This document shows positions 59,041 to 64,000 of a stretch of 64,000 nt of DNA, piece by piece. Position numbers and translations under genes: made by a program. The notes beneath the pieces are model-generated. The model was not told the DNA's origin, did no database searches, and saw nothing but the letters and a program-made list of their open reading frames with translations. Position 1 is the stretch's first letter. Every line of letters begins with the position of its first letter. Source of the DNA: Trueperaceae bacterium (GTDB lineage Bacteria; Deinococcota; Deinococci; Deinococcales; Trueperaceae); NCBI GenBank assembly GCA_965213705.1, contig OZ243913.1, forward strand, positions 3,392,001 to 3,456,000, given 5' to 3'.

Positions 59041-60030
59041 TTAAGCGCTCAGTTGTGCCACGACAGCACTGTCGCGTGCGGGGTTACCGCTCGAGCGTTT
59101 CCGGCTGTACATCAGGGTGTCAGCGCGGCGTAGCAAGCTTTCAAGGTCGCTGCCGGGCTCAAAGCGCACACAGCCCACATCGGCCCAGATTTGAACCTGC
59201 CCCACCGTCGCCGCGACGGGCGCGGCGAAAAGGGCTTCGAGGCGGTCCCTAGAAAAGTCCGTCTCAGTGGCAACGATAAACTCGTCACCCCCGTAGCGCA
59301 ACACGATGTCCGAGGCGCGCACCGAGCCGCGCAACCGTTCGGCAACCGTCCGCAAGACCTCGTCCCCGACGCGGTGTCCGTGCGTGTCGTTGACTGCCTT
59401 GAAACCGCCCAAGTCGATAAACGACAAGGTGAAGGCTTTTTCGTCCCTGACCCAGTCTTCAAGTCGCTCGAGCCCGGCGCTGCGGTTGAGGATCATCGGC
59501 AAAAGGCTGTCGGTCCGGGCCGCGCGGCGCTCTAGGTTAAAGGTTAGCAGGGCGGCGACCATGCTCGCGAGCGAAACGGCGTTGACAACAGCAAAGAATC
59601 CGAAGCCGCCGGTGCCCCAACCGCCCGCGGCGAGCGTGAACGCCGTTAACAAGGCGAGCCAAGTCACCACGGCGGGGCGCAAACCGTCGAGCAAGAGCAC
59701 GAGTGCCGAACCGAACATCCAGGGGTAGGTGAGTACTTGTAAAGGGCTCGTTGCCCCACCTGTTGCGCGGATGAAAAGTGCGAGGGCCACGCACTCACAG
59801 AGGTAAAGTGACCAAGCGATGAAGTCGCGCCCGTCTTTAGACCAAAGTGCCACAAGGTAGACGACCGGCAGCGCGACCAAAACAAGTCGCTGCGCTCCTT
59901 GTAAGGGCAGTAGACCCGAAAAGTAAAGAGCCAAGTAAACAGGAGAGGCGAGCAAGCTACCGACCACACGTTGCCGCCAGATAGTACGGTGAGACGAACC
60001 GAGTTGCATGAGACTCAGTGTAACGGACAT
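59041..60030 (-). CDS. Membrane-bound diguanylate cyclase (GGDEF)
   Basis: Several TM helices with TGGATSPL; FIDL..FKAVNDTHGH.VGDEVL; RASD I-site; RYGGDEF. Confidence 0.92.
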   Translation of the reverse strand: MSVTLSLMQLGSSHRTIWRQRVVGSLLASPVYLALYFSGLLPLQGAQRLVLVALPVVYLVALWSKDGRDFIAWSLYLCECVALALFIRATGGATSPLQVLTYPWMFGSALVLLLDGLRPAVVTWLALLTAFTLAAGGWGTGGFGFFAVVNAVSLASMVAALLTFNLERRAARTDSLLPMILNRSAGLERLEDWVRDEKAFTLSFIDLGGFKAVNDTHGHRVGDEVLRTVAERLRGSVRASDIVLRYGGDEFIVATETDFSRDRLEALFAAPVAATVGQVQIWADVGCVRFEPGSDLESLLRRADTLMYSRKRSSGNPARDSAVVAQLSA

Positions 60031-60279
60031 CTTGGCACAAACAACTTACAACAAAGCAGAACGTTAGGTTTCTCGAGCCGCTCGAGCCTGTTCGTTGCGC
60101 GGCAGTCATAAACTCCGGTTTTGGTAGAACGTTTATACAACGCCAAAGAGATGGGTTTGAACGACTTTTCTCGTCTGCCAGCGCGTATCGTGGTCTATGA
60201 ACGCCACACTTTGGCCCATCGGTTGCACAAGCCCACAGCCCTAACCTCTGATAAAATGAATCAACGACACCTTTTTGCA

Positions 60280-60608
60280 CCAGACCGGCGACGAGGTATT
60301 GTGGACCGTGGCGCAACTTCTCAAAAAACAGGTGCGTGAAGTCGACACTGTTGCCCGTTACGGTGGTGAAGAGTTCTTGTTGGTCTTACCCGAAACGCCC
60401 GCGCGAAGCGCCCTGAACATGTGCGAGAAACTTCGCCGCGCAGTGGCGGCCCACCCTTGGGACGCGCTCGCGCGCGGTCTCTAAGGTGACGCTCAGTATC
60501 GGACTTTCAAATGATATAAGCGTGCCCAATTGTGAAAAGCTCGTGGGTGCGGCCAACGCAAACTCTACGACGTCAAACGTTCGGGTAAGAACCAAGTGCA
60601 GGGTTAGG
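60280..60608 (+). pseudogene. GGDEF domain remnant
   Basis: HQTGDEVL...VREVDTVARYGGEEFLLVLP..., in-frame stop, then VTLSIGL. Confidence 0.8.
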
Positions 60609-60867
60609 CGGACGAGTCAAGCTCAGGTGTGGGTTTGTTTGAACTCATACCAAAATGATGTCGTGTCACAGTCTGAACTTGTTCAAGGCAATTTGCTCCA
60701 CGTAGATTTATTGATGTTATGATGTTAGTAGATCACTTTGGTATGAGTTTGTGGAGTTTCCCAAACGCTCAGACACCCAAAAACAAGTCAGGCAACAAAA
60801 GTGATGAAGTCTGTAACCTTCTTGTCGTGTTCGAAGAATGTATCTTGAATTTTAGCGACAATTCGGA

Positions 60868-61149
60868 GTGCTTGTCGCGCGGCGCGTTGAGAAGCTGCTC
60901 GCGGCTAACAAGGACATAGACACGACGCGCATTGCCAATGGCTGTCACCGTTTGCACCCCGGCGAGTGGAACGTCGGTGAGGTGGCGGGAACGCTAGCAG
61001 TGTACTACTTGCAGTACGGCGTCGCGCCGGGGCAGGTCAGAAATGACCAAACAAGGCCCAAGGACTTCCAACGCGTCCTCGTTGAAAGTTTGGACGTTAA
61101 ACTTGCTTGGCTGGATGATGAGCCTGAACCCTCGGATGGAGCTTTTTAG
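60868..61149 (+). pseudogene. FAD-dependent oxidoreductase C-terminal remnant
   Basis: RRVEKLLAANKDIDTTRIANGCHRLHPGEWNVGEVAG. Confidence 0.7.
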
Positions 61150-61175
61150 TAGCGCTGATTAAAGAAGAGGAGTTT

Positions 61176-62084
61176 GTGATGCGCAAAATGTCAGCAAGAT
61201 GGTTACTGCAGACCCCGCCTGTGCGGCTGGTCCTCGCCTTAGTGTTTGTGGGTGGCGCGCTTACCCTCGTCGGCTGGGTGTTAGGCGTTATGCAACGAGC
61301 GCTCGCGGCGAACGCCGGGCGCGGCTCACCCCTGCAACTTCTGTTCGCCCTCGTGTCAGCCGCGACCGCCCTGGGCGCTTACTACGCTTACGTCCGCCTT
61401 GTAGAACGGCGGCCGGTGGTTGAGCTATCACGACCAGGGGCGGTCCGGGAATTGGGGCTGGGTGTGTTGCTGGGCGCGGGCCTCTTTACCTTTACGGTCG
61501 CGGTGCTGGCGCTTCTCGGGGTCTACCGCGCCACCGGTGTGGGGACGGGGGCAGGCGTTTTGACGGTGTTGGTGGCGTCGGTCAACGCGGGCGTCGTTGA
61601 GGAGATTCTTTTTCGCGGCATCTTTTTCCGCATCGTCGAGGAGGGCTTGGGCAGTTGGCTGGCCCTGCTGTTATCGGCGTTATTTTTTGGGGTTGCACAC
61701 TTAGGCAATCCTAACGCGACCCCGGTCGGCGCGCTAGCCATCGCGCTCGAGGCCGGGATTCTGTTGGCTGCGGTGTACATGCTCACCCGGCGTTTGTGGT
61801 TTGCCGTCGGCCTTCACGTGGCTTGGAACTTTACCCAGGGCGGCATCTTCGGTAGTCCCATTTCCGGCTTCGCCTTCGACGGGCTTTTACAGGGTGAGCT
61901 GACAGGCCCTGCGCTTCTTTCGGGTGGCGCTTTCGGGGTGGAAGCCTCGGTGGTGGCTACGCTCGTCTGTTTGACGGCCGGGTCTTTCCTGATTCTGCGC
62001 GCGCGTCGAAAGGGCAGGGTGGTCGCGCCTTTCTGGAGGCGGGGGCGCAGCGAGACCCTTTTGACTGAACCCACGGGCTTGTGA
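61176..62084 (+). CDS. CPBP (CAAX/Abi) intramembrane glutamic endopeptidase
   Basis: EEILFRG, FGVAH, GLHVAWNF, GGAFGVEAS. Confidence 0.94.
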   Translation: MMRKMSARWLLQTPPVRLVLALVFVGGALTLVGWVLGVMQRALAANAGRGSPLQLLFALVSAATALGAYYAYVRLVERRPVVELSRPGAVRELGLGVLLGAGLFTFTVAVLALLGVYRATGVGTGAGVLTVLVASVNAGVVEEILFRGIFFRIVEEGLGSWLALLLSALFFGVAHLGNPNATPVGALAIALEAGILLAAVYMLTRRLWFAVGLHVAWNFTQGGIFGSPISGFAFDGLLQGELTGPALLSGGAFGVEASVVATLVCLTAGSFLILRARRKGRVVAPFWRRGRSETLLTEPTGL

Positions 62085-62478
62085 GCAACCTGAACCGTCA
62101 CGTCCGGTCAACGGGCCTTGAGGGGCCGAAGGTCGAAATTTCGGCTGGGTAGCTTCCATTATGCCCTCCGTGAATTTCTCTTGTCGAGGAGGAAGAGCTT
62201 TTTACAGGTCCAACAACTTAACCGCTTTGATACGCACTTTCGACCGCGTCGAGCGGCAGGTGCTGGCTTGCTGGCAGACGTAGCCAAATTGGGGTTTTTC
62301 GCCCAACCCCTCGAAAAGGTACATTTCATCAATATTGCTACAATACGAGATCCGTCAACACCAAGCCTCGAACGGGTTTAACGTATTGTAGAAGGAAAAA
62401 CATGTCACCAAAAACTTCTACAGATTGTCTTTAGTCTTTTTGGAGTTCGGGTATTAGAATTACTTTAGGAGGCCACGC

Positions 62479-62814
62479 GTGAGGATCTTGACAGGTTGCC
62501 TGGTTATGTTAATCCTTAACACGACGCTGGCACAGTCATTTCTTGTTGAAGAACGTCAACAGAACATCAACGCAGCGTTTAGCGGCTACGCCACGTTGCC
62601 AGGCGTGTCACCCAATTGTGGAACGTTGATGAGTGAAAGTAAAACCACATTTGTTATCTTCCCTGCAGGGAGAGCGTCTCCGTTCCTGCTGTTTGATGGG
62701 GCTGTGCTCAGCGCTTTTGAAATGCAAAATGAGGTGCTGGTGCGGGTGTTCTCGGCAGGGCTTGGGAACGGCGAGGAGAGCTTAGGGCTTGATAGGTCCT
62801 TTATGAGACGTTAA
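62479..62814 (+). CDS. Hypothetical secreted protein (possibly a fragment)
   Basis: GGAGG RBS, GTG start, signal-like TLA-Q. Confidence 0.4.
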   Translation: MRILTGCLVMLILNTTLAQSFLVEERQQNINAAFSGYATLPGVSPNCGTLMSESKTTFVIFPAGRASPFLLFDGAVLSAFEMQNEVLVRVFSAGLGNGEESLGLDRSFMRR

Positions 62815-62842
62815 CAAGCGGCTGAAGGGTTGGAGTGAAAGT

Positions 62843-63058
62843 TCAGCGTTTGGTCCACTTCACCTCAATCTCGATTTCTTCCTCGTCGCCCTCTCGCTCA
62901 TACTCGAATTCGACCGTGGCGTGCGCTGGCATATAAACACGGTGGCCCGCAATTTGAATCTCGAAGGCTTTGCCTTGCTCAATGGCGTCAGCGAGGCGGC
63001 GTAGTTTAGCGACAACATCATTTTTGTTGTACTGCTTTTCAACATTGGCGTTCTCCAT
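62843..63058 (-). CDS. Amphi-Trp domain protein
   Basis: VAKLRRLADAIE.G..FEIQIAG.RVY.P..A.VEFEYER...EEEIEIEVKW. Confidence 0.88.
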   Translation of the reverse strand: MENANVEKQYNKNDVVAKLRRLADAIEQGKAFEIQIAGHRVYMPAHATVEFEYEREGDEEEIEIEVKWTKR

Positions 63059-63179
63059 AGTTCTAATCCTTTCTGATAAATGTGGCTTGGCAGCTTTTGA
63101 CACTATGGCCAGCTCGAGCCTTTGCCGACTCCTCTGGGCCGTGCCGCTTAGCTTGTGCCTACTGGTGTTTGTCCCTAAC

Positions 63180-63750
63180 GGACACTGTTGGCGAAGTCCT
63201 AAGCAGCAAGCCTGGCAAAGCCAGACACCCTCGTCGGCGCAATGGGAAAGCCACCCAACCAGTCCGTCACCCGCTGTACATTGATTGCTGAAGCCGTAGC
63301 AACGTGTTGGAGCGCGGTTTTTCTCAACCCTCGGTAACGTGACCTGCGTAAGCTGTTCGTGCGTACCCCTTAAGACATCGTACTTTCGATACCCGAACGC
63401 GCTTTATACCGTTCTCGCCATGCGGGTTGCTTTTGGTTCACTCTAGCTTCCTCTAAGGCTTTGTATGCTTCGAAGGACTTGAGGGTGAAAGCTTTAGAAC
63501 CCTTCTTACTACGGGTACATAGGTATCGCGTTTCGCAGTAAGTGCAATCGGCATACTTGAACTTTACAGCGATCTTCGTGTCTCCCGCCGAATCTTGTTT
63601 CGGCGTCTAGGAACTACTTTGTTTGCCTTGCGGACAGCTCATCGTCTCAGCCTCCCAATTGATGGTAAAGCAGGAGATGTCGTAAGCCTCAGGCGTTTTA
63701 GCCTGCCAACCTCGGTTGCGCCGCACGGGTCCCAGGAGTTCGATCCCGTA
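63180..63750 (-). mobile_element. IS1182-family transposase C-terminal remnant with terminal IR (two internal stops)
   Basis: YGIELLGPV...CPQGKQ...DCTYC..RYLCT...YKARSGIESTMS*G...RRSRYRGL.K..LQH.ATA.AIN; end TTCGCCAACAGTGTCC. Confidence 0.88.
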
Positions 63751-63752
63751 CT

Positions 63753-64000
63753 AGACCTGCGGCGAAAGTCACACCTACCCTTGATCATGGTTGTAAAGAG
63801 CGGCGATGAGGTTAAGCCTGAGCCCAAAGCGCCTTCTGCGATGGCGATAGGTTTCTTTGAGCACACGAAAGACCTTGAGCTTACGAATGACATGTTCGGC
63901 CAAGATACGCTCTTTAGCAAGCTGACGGTTGTGGCTGCTTTGCTCTTGAGTCAGCGTTTTGCCACGCCAGCGTTTGAAAGGGGTTCGGCATTCAGGGTGA
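63753..64000 (-). mobile_element. IS5-family (ISL2-like) transposase 3' end, runs off the window
   Basis: LTQEQ..HNRQLAKERILAEHVIRKLKVFRVLKETYRHRRRRFGLRLNLIAALYN; IR-like GACTTTCGCCGCAGGTCT. Confidence 0.88.

Noticed and set aside
50812..60030. Pel-like exopolysaccharide biosynthesis locus (GH114 plus nearby GGDEF)
   Set aside because: No glycosyltransferase, flippase or PelD-G-like genes; the neighbours are importers and catabolic enzymes, and the GGDEF gene is separated by IS/Tn debris
63727..63750. tRNA-like T-loop GTTCGATCCC
   Set aside because: No cloverleaf can be formed, and it lies within the IS1182 coding frame (YGIELLGP)

Overview
Bacterial DNA, roughly 55-60% GC. The lineage is probably Deinococcota (Trueperaceae-like), inferred from protein style and a strong excess of CTCGAG; this is not verified. 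Both ends of the window are decayed accessory DNA. About 1-14 kb holds IS1 copies, a Tn3 remnant cutting a frameshifted STAND-type NTPase gene, two toxin-antitoxin pairs, WYL remnants and a TetR/SnoaL pair. About 56-64 kb holds IS5, a Tn3 resolvase/cargo/IR block, GGDEF genes and nested IS1182/IS5 remnants. Between them lie four apparently intact catabolic modules: (i) a LacI-controlled alpha-glucoside-type ABC importer with a Gfo/Idh/MocA oxidoreductase; (ii) a TrmB-TRAP-AhpD-cyclase-BKACE-lactonase operon; (iii) a PhyH dioxygenase + class V PLP enzyme + Opp importer operon; (iv) a ~19 kb DeoR regulon (37.4-56.2 kb). Module iv encodes a secreted GH114-type enzyme, two ABC importers, a GH4 glycosidase, an amidohydrolase, an SIS deaminase/isomerase, two PfkB kinases and a class II aldolase, and two of its promoters share a TGASCGA-N11-TCGCTCA motif. 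It is the best candidate for an undescribed system: a utilisation locus for alpha-1,4-galactosamine biofilm polymers (Pel or fungal galactosaminogalactan). No rRNA, tRNA or CRISPR array was seen. All calls come from motif recognition by eye, without database searches.
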